Of a DNA stretch of 64,000 bases, positions 36,934 to 45,440 are shown piece by piece; the first letter of the stretch is position 1, and each line of letters begins with the position of its first letter. This stretch comes from Thermoproteota archaeon (GTDB lineage: Archaea; Thermoproteota; Thermoprotei; Thermoproteales; Thermocladiaceae): positions 17,049 through 81,048 of the forward strand of contig JAADDN010000168.1 of the NCBI GenBank assembly GCA_013153895.1, in the 5' to 3' direction. The translations under genes and the position numbers were made by a program. The notes beneath the pieces were generated by a model. The model was not told where the DNA came from and did no database searches. It was given only the letters and a program-made list of their open reading frames with translations.

Positions 36934-37060
36934 AAACGGTAGAATAATCATATATACTGAACGAGAAAAAACATGTAAAATAGTTAATGAATTAACAAGA
37001 AAACTAGAGGAGAATAATATTAAAATAGTTACAAAACTAGAAAACCTACACTGCGGTTAA
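36911..37060 (+). CDS. Second DUF2997-like miniprotein (49 aa)
   Basis: Not in the ORF track (<60 aa). MTVQLIIRNGRIIIYTEREKTCKIVNELTRKLEENNIKIVTKLENLHCG aligns with the preceding gene. It overlaps that gene by 23 nt in another frame. Confidence 0.45.
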   Translation: MTVQLIIRNGRIIIYTEREKTCKIVNELTRKLEENNIKIVTKLENLHCG

Positions 37061-37212
37061 TCTTCTTCATCTTTTTCATTCTCTTCCTCAATATAGTACT
37101 CGATCTCTTCTAGATGATCTTTCCAACATTTAATTATTCTTAAAACTTCTACCCCTATTACTACTATTATGATAATCATGTTATCTAGTGCGCAGCATGC
37201 AAGAGGAACCAT
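37057..37212 (-). CDS. Possible 51-aa single-TM protein with an acidic tail
   Basis: Not in the track. MVPLACCALDNMIIIIVVIGVEVLRIIKCWKDHLEEIEYYIEEENEKDEED. Confidence 0.35.
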   Translation of the reverse strand: MVPLACCALDNMIIIIVVIGVEVLRIIKCWKDHLEEIEYYIEEENEKDEED

Positions 37213-37262
37213 GTGTCTTTCCTATTTAGATTGATTATTTATGTGTTTGTTTGTCAATAGTT

Positions 37263-37730
37263 TTATAAAGAAGCTTGTTCTGCTAATGGTCTTCTATGAA
37301 ATATTTCTCTATATAGACCATATCCTGGCTTTGCTATTCCGAATGTGAATGCTGATACTATTATGTCATCCATAACTATGTGACGTACAGTTGGGTTCTC
37401 CTCTGTGCCTAGGTCAGGTAGTCCACGTATACAGCCTACACCTACTTTACAGAAGTATACTTCTGGGAATGGGTGTCTATGATGGTATCTTTCCATTCCT
37501 CTCCAATACATTTCAAAGTATATTCGTTTAGCATTCTCGTAAAGTGGTGAGTACTCTCCTGCTCTTGATGCATAGTACATTAGTTCTATTGGATCCCAAC
37601 ATGTTGGTGCTGGATATGCTTCCTCTCTCCAGTATGGGTTCTCTGGTAGATCGCTTCTACATATCACGAGTCGGTACTCTGGTAGTCTCTTCTTCATATG
37701 TCTACTTGAGGCTAAGTAACAGTTAAGCAT
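37263..37730 (-). CDS. Hypothetical protein (His/Trp/Tyr-rich)
   Basis: ATG start, 155 aa, contains HHRHPFPE. No family recognised. Confidence 0.75.
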   Translation of the reverse strand: MLNCYLASSRHMKKRLPEYRLVICRSDLPENPYWREEAYPAPTCWDPIELMYYASRAGEYSPLYENAKRIYFEMYWRGMERYHHRHPFPEVYFCKVGVGCIRGLPDLGTEENPTVRHIVMDDIIVSAFTFGIAKPGYGLYREIFHRRPLAEQASL

Positions 37731-37759
37731 TAATCTTTGGATGTGATGATTAGCATGTT

Positions 37760-38323
37760 ATGTCTCTACCTGATATTGGTGTTGAGATTGATTTCACAGT
37801 TTATAGGGAGGGTTCTAGGGTTCGTGGTAGGGAGCTTCATAGGCTTGTGGATATGTTAGCAGGTGAGGGTTACTGTATTAGTATTGAGGGTGGTCCTAGT
37901 CCTAGACTGGAGGTGAAGTTATGTAAGCCTGTTAAAGATGTTAGACAGATTGTAAATTATTTTGATAGTATTATCAGGAGACTGAGAGACATGGGCTACA
38001 GTGTAGACCTATCGAGAGGAAGGACACATATAACCTTGGACTATCTAGTAGACCATGAGCCATGCTTTGGAGGGAGCTTCATGAGAAAGTATCTTAATCT
38101 TGTCCTCTTGTTAGACAATTTTGATAGGAAGGTAACGTCTATCTCTGCATTATCTAGAAGTAATAGACCAATCATACCTCTAGAATCTAGAATAATGTTC
38201 CTTATAGAGGGCATGAGAAATAATGTTGAATTAGTAAAGGAGAGAGGATGCAATTACTGGCTTGTACTTGATAGGGAACTGTTAGAGCTATTAGCCAGGG
38301 GAGAGGTAAGTATAGAGGGATAG
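37760..38323 (+). CDS. Hypothetical protein
   Basis: ATG start, 187 aa. The N-terminal IGVEIDF faintly recalls amidoligase starts, but I do not rely on that. Confidence 0.75.
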   Translation: MSLPDIGVEIDFTVYREGSRVRGRELHRLVDMLAGEGYCISIEGGPSPRLEVKLCKPVKDVRQIVNYFDSIIRRLRDMGYSVDLSRGRTHITLDYLVDHEPCFGGSFMRKYLNLVLLLDNFDRKVTSISALSRSNRPIIPLESRIMFLIEGMRNNVELVKERGCNYWLVLDRELLELLARGEVSIEG

Positions 38324-38324
38324 T

Positions 38325-38963
38325 ATGCGTATAGTATCTTCAGAACGTAGAGCACTTCTCAGGACTAGGAACAGGGAAAAGATAACTATTTTCAGGAATA
38401 TTAATAGAATGTTTATACCAGTATTGAAGGACAGTTTTAAAATTGTGTTAAAAATAGATAAGAAATATATTGATATTATTGATAGGTTAGATAATTATTG
38501 TATGAAGATTAATGAAGATAGTAAATATATAACATATGAATGTTCTATAGATATTGAAGATGTTCCAACAAGCACCTTAGTAGCAGTAGAGTATAGAGGA
38601 CAGATGGCTATGACTGGAAGAGACCTAGAGAACTTAATAGCAAGCCTCATCATGTTACATCTAGATAATGTTGAGAGAAGTGAACCAAGGTTCAGAAATG
38701 TGGAGTTTCTGAGAGAGGAGAACATTATAAGAAGCGAATTAGCTAGCACGCTAATATTTGAAATATCTATAATAGAGAACTATCTTAAACATGCTTTAAA
38801 GAGCCCTGCAGAGAACTTTAATTATCTTAAAAAGGTAAGTACTGAGCTCCATAACGAGTTTATGAGTCTGTGGGAGAAGTATGGTAACATTCTTAAAAGT
38901 GAATACAGTATAGAGGAGCCTCCATCAAGATCATTCCTAGAGAAGAAGCTCAACGTCTTCTAG
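38325..38963 (+). CDS. Hypothetical protein
   Basis: ATG 1 nt after the previous stop. 212 aa. Confidence 0.75.
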   Translation: MRIVSSERRALLRTRNREKITIFRNINRMFIPVLKDSFKIVLKIDKKYIDIIDRLDNYCMKINEDSKYITYECSIDIEDVPTSTLVAVEYRGQMAMTGRDLENLIASLIMLHLDNVERSEPRFRNVEFLREENIIRSELASTLIFEISIIENYLKHALKSPAENFNYLKKVSTELHNEFMSLWEKYGNILKSEYSIEEPPSRSFLEKKLNVF

Positions 38964-39957
38964 GTCTTAACCTAGCTATCTCCTCTCTATAATATTCTAA
39001 GGATCTTCTAAATCTCTCCCAAGCCTTCCTATAACATGATGCCTTCTCTTCTATAGATATGTTAGGATCCTCAGGTCTTGGACAGCGCACTATCTCTGAG
39101 CTAAATATCATTGCTTCAACTTTTTCATCAGGTGTGAACAGTGTCTGGCAGTATCCTATCTCTTTTAAATATTCTAGGTATTTTCTACCCTTCTCTGTAC
39201 CATATGGTAATGGATATATGCAGTGTCTAGCATATTCATAGTCTAATGCTTCTTCTGGAGTATAGTTCATTCCAATATACTTCTCACCTAGTCTCCTCCT
39301 CTCCTCTACTATGTTTCTCCATAACTCTTCAAGTGTAAGTGGACCATAGATGTCTTCATTGTTTTCCGACTTTCTTATCAATATGTCTGGTGTCTTCTCT
39401 ATCTTTCCAAATGTTGGATCAATCATATATTTGCTACCTGTTACAGGGTTCTGAACTATTAGACTTATATGACTGTAACCTGGTCGGTAGGCTGCTACGG
39501 GTAAGCCAATTCTTTTAAGAACTGTTAACAGTGCTAGACTAAGCTCGCTTGATGATCCTCTCCCAAGTCTAAGCACCTCTCCAGGTGTGAGAAATGTATA
39601 TGCAAGAGAGTTCCAGTATCTTTCAGCGTTGGCATGTATCTCATCATAGTCTAGATATGTTTTGAATAGGTTAACTATCTTTGAAAGATAGTTAACAAAC
39701 TCCTCATCGTTCATGGGAGGGGGACCAGCAAGCTCGATTATTCTCTTGCTAATGGTCTCTGCTATATTGGATCTAGGTACAGTCTCTGTCTCAAACTGTG
39801 ATAGGTCTCTTACTTCTCCTCTAAAGTATCTACACCAGGGACATGGATCGTTGCTTTTCAATTCTGTTCCCATGTAATCGTATAATGGCTGTGCCATATG
39901 GTTAAGATATCTCTCCTCCAGCTTCTCAAGCTCCAGTATTCTCTGGTTTCTGCTCAT
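38950..39957 (-). CDS. Transglutaminase-like (papain-fold) protein with Ser at the nucleophile position
   Basis: GRGSSSELSLALLTVLKRIGLPVAAY...YSHISLIV...YMIDPTFG is collinear with the G-x-C-x-x-F...GIPAR...H-x-W...DPT core, with Ser in place of Cys. Confidence 0.65.
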   Translation of the reverse strand: MSRNQRILELEKLEERYLNHMAQPLYDYMGTELKSNDPCPWCRYFRGEVRDLSQFETETVPRSNIAETISKRIIELAGPPPMNDEEFVNYLSKIVNLFKTYLDYDEIHANAERYWNSLAYTFLTPGEVLRLGRGSSSELSLALLTVLKRIGLPVAAYRPGYSHISLIVQNPVTGSKYMIDPTFGKIEKTPDILIRKSENNEDIYGPLTLEELWRNIVEERRRLGEKYIGMNYTPEEALDYEYARHCIYPLPYGTEKGRKYLEYLKEIGYCQTLFTPDEKVEAMIFSSEIVRCPRPEDPNISIEEKASCYRKAWERFRRSLEYYREEIARLRPRRR

Positions 39958-39996
39958 TAGGTAACTGATATTTTTCTTCTACTTATCAGTAATAGC

Positions 39997-40314
39997 ATGT
40001 ATAGTAAGGTCCTAGCTGAGAAGTCTAGTGTTAGTAGTCTAGTTGTTCCTGATCAGATATTTATGTTTGGTAGTTATATATGTGGTAGAGTGTTTATAAA
40101 TGATGAAGTAGACTTAGAGACATATCAGAGAATAGAGGATGAGATGTATGGTATAGCTGTCCTAGAATCGGACAAGGAGCCTGAGAACAGGGTAAAGGTG
40201 AGAAGCATTGTAACATGTATACGAGGCATAGGTGAGAGAAATCTGAATGATCTAGCTAGGAGTATAGTGATAGCTTACATAAATCTGAGAGATATGTATA
40301 GGATGAGAAGATGA
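39997..40314 (+). CDS. Hypothetical 105-aa protein
   Basis: ATG start. Its stop overlaps the next start (ATGA). Confidence 0.7.
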   Translation: MYSKVLAEKSSVSSLVVPDQIFMFGSYICGRVFINDEVDLETYQRIEDEMYGIAVLESDKEPENRVKVRSIVTCIRGIGERNLNDLARSIVIAYINLRDMYRMRR

Positions 40315-41336
40315 GCCTATCACAGTCTCTTCTAAGGATTGAGGAGGAGCTTAGGAATCTTGCAACAGAGCTGCAGGAGGCTAGGACTGGGAGAGATACA
40401 TATAGTGGGGACAGGTTTCTAGAGGTCTATCATAAGCTTGTAGATGTTAATCTGAAGCTTGAGAGCATCTATAGGACGTGTCTAGAACGTTCAGAGACGG
40501 AGAAGCCGTTACAGCTCTTCTGTAGGTTGATATATAATATATATCTAGGATTGAATGATCTTATACATGACATGAATAAAAATTGTAATGTATCTAATGG
40601 AGTATTTACATGTCTTAATATTAATGTTGAGAAGATTAGAAGAGAACTATGTAACAATGTTCTAGAGCTGACTGGAAGAAAATGCGGTAACCTGATACTC
40701 TATGATACGAGCCTTCAGCCACCAGCAATTATAGATGGCATAGCTAACTGTGTACATGTACTAGCTGAGGAGCTGATGAAGATGGAGACCTGGAGAAGAG
40801 TAGGAAGATGCTACTTGAATGAGAACTCTAGCAGAAGCATTGTAGAGCTCTGTGAGAAGTGGAGCGAGTATATTAACAGGTTCGATCCATATTATATGAG
40901 TGAGGATATTGAGAACGTTTTCGGATATGGTATAGATGGTAAAGCATATTTTAGAGTAGGATCAGCAGCGGGACATGCAGCAAATATAGATTTTAACAGT
41001 GGGACATTCACATATTATGATAATGATCTTAATGTTGTATCTCTAGTACATACATATGTTGAAAAGTATATGAATGGTGCATGCATGTTTAATAGAGAGA
41101 ACAGTGAATTAAAATGTACTATACCGAATATTGATAAGAAGATAGATGATATAGCATATCTCCTAGCATCTGTAACCAGCATGGATATTAGACTAGCAAA
41201 CGCTAATGTAGATGCTAAGAAGCTTATACCGATAAAGATAGCAAAGTCAACATATAACTATGATAGAGAGATAGCATTAGAGAAAGGTCTCGAGAACACT
41301 TCTAGAACATATATAACAGTTCTAGGAGGAGAGTAG
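40311..41336 (+). CDS. Family-A protein, copy 1 (paralog of 43566-44567)
   Basis: Shares TGRxCGNLxLY..S.Q.PAxIDGxANCxHVxAEEL, RVGRC and RVGSxxGHAxxIDF with copy 2. Confidence 0.85.
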   Translation: MSLSQSLLRIEEELRNLATELQEARTGRDTYSGDRFLEVYHKLVDVNLKLESIYRTCLERSETEKPLQLFCRLIYNIYLGLNDLIHDMNKNCNVSNGVFTCLNINVEKIRRELCNNVLELTGRKCGNLILYDTSLQPPAIIDGIANCVHVLAEELMKMETWRRVGRCYLNENSSRSIVELCEKWSEYINRFDPYYMSEDIENVFGYGIDGKAYFRVGSAAGHAANIDFNSGTFTYYDNDLNVVSLVHTYVEKYMNGACMFNRENSELKCTIPNIDKKIDDIAYLLASVTSMDIRLANANVDAKKLIPIKIAKSTYNYDREIALEKGLENTSRTYITVLGGE

Positions 41337-41337
41337 T

Positions 41338-42243
41338 ATGGAGCCGATACATGTTAAAGAAATTATAAACAGGATAGCTGAGACCGTTAGAGACCTCGCT
41401 AGAGTAAAAACATGTTTAACATCTAATAATAGGAGAGAAGAAGTATCATGCCTATTAGACCTATATGAGAGAAGAGATAGACTGCTCGCACTTGTAGATG
41501 ATTTGAAGAAGCTTGCAGTAGCAGCACGGTACTTATATGGTCCAGAGTTCGGATACGTTCTCTACTATGTTAATAATATGGCTAGAGATGTTGACAAGAT
41601 AGTGAAGACGTTGGACTATGAGATAAATAGCTCAACTATAAGAAAGATGCCTACGAGACTTATAGCCCATGAGATAGGTGATGAATTGCAGGAACTAGTT
41701 ATTAACATGGTAGAGCTGGCAGACGTGTTGAGAAGACTTGGAAATGAGGATCTCTACATCTATGGTACATGTATCATACGTGGAGAACCTAGAACAGATC
41801 TGAAAACACGGTACATATGTGCAGGAGGACCTACACCACTTATAGTTGACAGAGATAAGATAGTTACATATGGAATAGACTTCCAGGGAAAAGAATATGC
41901 AGCAGAGCTTAGAGACCATGAGATAAAGCTAGAGTTTGAACTGCCTGTACTAGAGACTGGGAGAGAGTATTACCATGAGATACTTCCAAAAGATATGAAA
42001 TGTGAATCAACTATAGATGAGGAAGCTGGAACGCTAGTATATACATGTAGAGGAACAGTGCCAGATATGAAGGAGATTCTGAAAAATATTGAGCTAGCAA
42101 GAGAGCTTGAATCAATATCTCCACCACATGTAGAGAACATTCTTAGAGACACAATGCTTAGAGGAATGGAGATAGATAAGAACATGCCACTAGACATGAA
42201 CTGGAGAAGAGCACTCAAGCTGTCACTACCATTACCAGGGTAG
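41338..42243 (+). CDS. Family-B protein, copy 1 (paralog of 44564-45418)
   Basis: NEDLYIYGTCIIRGEP compares with NEDLHIYSGCIVRGRP. It holds the same position, right after the family-A gene. Confidence 0.85.
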   Translation: MEPIHVKEIINRIAETVRDLARVKTCLTSNNRREEVSCLLDLYERRDRLLALVDDLKKLAVAARYLYGPEFGYVLYYVNNMARDVDKIVKTLDYEINSSTIRKMPTRLIAHEIGDELQELVINMVELADVLRRLGNEDLYIYGTCIIRGEPRTDLKTRYICAGGPTPLIVDRDKIVTYGIDFQGKEYAAELRDHEIKLEFELPVLETGREYYHEILPKDMKCESTIDEEAGTLVYTCRGTVPDMKEILKNIELARELESISPPHVENILRDTMLRGMEIDKNMPLDMNWRRALKLSLPLPG

Positions 42244-42250
42244 CATCTAG

Positions 42251-42258
42251 TAATAAAT
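42251..42258 (+). promoter_or_regulatory. TATA box inside a shared 14-mer
   Basis: TAATAAAT lies about 25 nt upstream of the ATG at 42279. Confidence 0.5.
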
Positions 42259-42278
42259 CAGATAGATATAGTTAGATC

Positions 42279-43100
42279 ATGAAGAGACCAGTACAGATAC
42301 TTGAGAAACTGTTAGAAAAATATTACAGGTATAGAGAATCTAGACATTGTGAAGAACTTTTCAACAATGTTGAAATATGTATAGAAATAATAGGAGAGCG
42401 GAGAGGAGAGAGAACACTGATAGATAGGGAACATGTTAATGGTAGAGAGATAATATTAAACTATAATGAGCAGATATATACATTAAACATATCTGTTAGA
42501 CATGGAGAAGAGAAGGAAAGCAGAATAATAACAGTTAGAACACTAGTAGCATCAGCACCAGTAAGACTAGAAGGAGACAGGATAATAGATGTAGAGAGTA
42601 ATGGGGAACATATTATCATTTCTCTCTGTGATGATTTTGACAGCGCGGTACTCTCAATAGTTCACTCATTATTATTAAAATGTAAGGATATTGAGGTAAA
42701 GTTAAAATATTATGAGAATCTTATAAACACTATTACAGATCTAGTATATGGTGAAATTGTTAAGAAGATTAATAATAATATTATTGATAGGAGTATAAAG
42801 ATTGGAGACATGGTGATAAGGTTCATATTTACATGTGATGGAGATAGGATACATCTTACAGTGTTTGCGGATGGTAGAGCTATATATGATGAGGATAGTG
42901 TAGATAATCTTAGAGATATGATACGTAGAGCAGTTCATAGATTATTCACATCTTACTATGTTGATGATCTTATCAGCATACTATCCGTGCTGGATCGTGT
43001 GATGTCTATTGAATATGTTAGTAATAGGAGCAGGAGGCTATTGAGAACGCTCTCTAGAATATGTTCATCTATTATCTCCATGTTTTCAGGGAAAATCTAA
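42279..43100 (+). CDS. Hypothetical protein
   Basis: ATG start, 273 aa. Confidence 0.8.
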   Translation: MKRPVQILEKLLEKYYRYRESRHCEELFNNVEICIEIIGERRGERTLIDREHVNGREIILNYNEQIYTLNISVRHGEEKESRIITVRTLVASAPVRLEGDRIIDVESNGEHIIISLCDDFDSAVLSIVHSLLLKCKDIEVKLKYYENLINTITDLVYGEIVKKINNNIIDRSIKIGDMVIRFIFTCDGDRIHLTVFADGRAIYDEDSVDNLRDMIRRAVHRLFTSYYVDDLISILSVLDRVMSIEYVSNRSRRLLRTLSRICSSIISMFSGKI

Positions 43101-43130
43101 CATATTAACCCTCTCTATGATTAGTCTACT

Positions 43131-43535
43131 ATGGGTATAATAAGCAGGTTAATTGATTTTGGCATACTTATCGATCTAGTATATCTCTGCTATATCTATA
43201 GTCAGATAAGTACATTAGCCTTTCTGCTACATGTTGTACTTCTCTTTGCTTTTTCTGCATATCTTGCAATAGATATATCCAGGAAGCATCTTGTCTCTCC
43301 AGTATTCTACTATATTTATGTTCTTACTATAGGTATAGCATGTGGATGTGCTCTTTTTCTAGCTGTTGTTGATCTATATATATCAGTGTATAGTTTCCCG
43401 TTTTATCCTCTTATTCTATCAATGTTGTATATATCTGTTGCTGGTATACTTATAAAAAGCATTTTCAATCTTAAAGTGCTCTCAACCATAATGAGCGAGA
43501 GAAGGAGAAGGAGATACTGGGATCTTAGGGAATAG
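43131..43535 (+). CDS. Multi-pass membrane protein with an RRRRRYWDLRE C-terminus
   Basis: Hydrophobic helices followed by a terminal basic cluster and the YW motif. Confidence 0.8.
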   Translation: MGIISRLIDFGILIDLVYLCYIYSQISTLAFLLHVVLLFAFSAYLAIDISRKHLVSPVFYYIYVLTIGIACGCALFLAVVDLYISVYSFPFYPLILSMLYISVAGILIKSIFNLKVLSTIMSERRRRRYWDLRE

Positions 43536-43565
43536 CTTATCATTTTTCTACCTGCTATATCAAGC

Positions 43566-44567
43566 ATGGAGCTATCTAACATAGTTAGCGAGATGATGAG
43601 GATTGAGGAGGAGCTTAGGAATCTTGCAACAGAGCTGCAGAAGTCCAGGATCGAGAGGAACGAGTATGTTTATGATATTCAGAATGTTAAGAAGGTTTTA
43701 AATAATATATGTGAGAAGCTTAACAAGATTAGTGAGGAGCCGTGTGCGGATATGATATCTAACATATTGAAAAATATGGTAGATCTTGCATATGATTATA
43801 TTTCTACTATATGTAATAGGGAGGATGGTTATTATAAATGCTCCAACATTAGTACAAGAGAATTTAGAAAGTTTATAGAAGAATTTGAGAAAGTTACGGG
43901 TAGAACATGTGGGAACCTTCTACTCTATATGGACTCGGTCCAGCTTCCTGCTGTTATAGATGGACTTGCTAACTGTATACATGTTGCCGCTGAGGAGCTA
44001 GCTAAAATTAACAAACATGGTAGGAGAGTTGGTAGATGCATCATAGTTGGCTATGCTGATCCAAGGATCATAGAGCTATGTAAAAAGTGGACGGATCTTG
44101 TAGAGAAGTATCATAATATGGGTATCTACCTGGAGGAGGATTATAATAGTCTTATAGGTATTGGAAGAGGACTCTCTCTTGATCTACGTGTAGGTTCCTC
44201 TCCTGGACATGCAATGAAGATAGATTTTAAGAATGGTACACTGAAATATTATGATTCTGATATGAATGTTATAGATACTGTACGAGTATTCATAGAGAAG
44301 CATCTAGATGGGTCATGTATGTATGATTATGCGAACCAGGAGCTGACATGTAGGTTCGATCCAGGTGCTGATAAGGTATCTGACAAGCTTGCATGGATTG
44401 CTGCTAATGTTACAAGTCTAGATGTTTACCTTGATGATGAGATTCCCGAATATATGAAGGATAGAGTATCCTCAGCTGCCCGTTCTGTACAGTTGAACTA
44501 TGAGGAGGCTAGTATGAGTATTAGAGAGATGATGGATAAAGCTAGTAGAATGGTGATGCTAATATGA
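43566..44567 (+). CDS. Family-A protein, copy 2
   Basis: See 40311-41336. Contains the 42-nt stretch identical to copy 1. Confidence 0.85.
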   Translation: MELSNIVSEMMRIEEELRNLATELQKSRIERNEYVYDIQNVKKVLNNICEKLNKISEEPCADMISNILKNMVDLAYDYISTICNREDGYYKCSNISTREFRKFIEEFEKVTGRTCGNLLLYMDSVQLPAVIDGLANCIHVAAEELAKINKHGRRVGRCIIVGYADPRIIELCKKWTDLVEKYHNMGIYLEEDYNSLIGIGRGLSLDLRVGSSPGHAMKIDFKNGTLKYYDSDMNVIDTVRVFIEKHLDGSCMYDYANQELTCRFDPGADKVSDKLAWIAANVTSLDVYLDDEIPEYMKDRVSSAARSVQLNYEEASMSIREMMDKASRMVMLI

Positions 44568-45418
44568 GGCTTGTAGATTATCTTAGACAGATTAGGGAGA
44601 AGCTTGAACATATATATGAAACATGTATGAGAGATGTTGAGTCATGTATATTTGAGTATTTTACACTTGCACTTGAGCTGCCTGCGCTGGAAAAGTTGAA
44701 GAATAGTGCATGGTCAATGTATGCTGCTGAGAAGAGAAGGGAGGATAAGTATCTGTACGAGCTATTCAACTCGCTATATACTGGACATCTCCCATCTAGA
44801 TATGCGAGAGATATCTCTTCTAAAGCATCTGCAGAGGCTCTGGCAGAGACTATTAGAGAGATTGTAGAAGATGTTAAGGAACTTGAGAAATATTATGAGA
44901 ATGAGGATCTTCACATCTATTCTGGATGTATAGTGAGGGGTAGACCAGGACCAGAGAAGCTATCTATGATAGGTGCAACATGTGACACATATGGAGGATA
45001 CTATAGTAATAATAGGCTAGTAGCTGCTAATAATGATATAGCTCTCGAGCTAGATACTGAGAATCCTAGAGAGGCAAGATGCTTCTCACTTCATCCTGAG
45101 TATAAAATGTGTGAGAGACTGCTAGTATCTTCAATATCTGACTGTTATAGCAGGAATGGTGAGGTATACTGTACATCTCCTCCATATCACAATCTTGGAT
45201 ATATTTATAGGGCTCTAGATAAGGTGGAAGAGTTTAGGACATTATTATCATCTCTTGTACATACTACACTATATGGTATATATAGTAGAGGATTTGTAGA
45301 GAAGCTGGCAATGGCAGATGCATATACTAGGAAGGAGTTTGAGACTCCTCTAGTAGTTAACATGCGCAGAGAGATCGATAACGCTGCGAGCAGGGTCTTT
45401 GGAGAAAAAAGAGAATAG
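44564..45418 (+). CDS. Family-B protein, copy 2
   Basis: ATGA coupling to the family-A gene. Paralog of 41338-42243. Confidence 0.85.
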   Translation: MRLVDYLRQIREKLEHIYETCMRDVESCIFEYFTLALELPALEKLKNSAWSMYAAEKRREDKYLYELFNSLYTGHLPSRYARDISSKASAEALAETIREIVEDVKELEKYYENEDLHIYSGCIVRGRPGPEKLSMIGATCDTYGGYYSNNRLVAANNDIALELDTENPREARCFSLHPEYKMCERLLVSSISDCYSRNGEVYCTSPPYHNLGYIYRALDKVEEFRTLLSSLVHTTLYGIYSRGFVEKLAMADAYTRKEFETPLVVNMRREIDNAASRVFGEKRE

Positions 45419-45440
45419 GTAGGGTAGAGAAGTCTCTCAC

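Noticed and set aside
37760-38323. Amidoligase-like assignment from the N-terminal IGVEIDF
   Set aside because: It rests on a single short motif, the protein is shorter than that family, and no other signature was seen.
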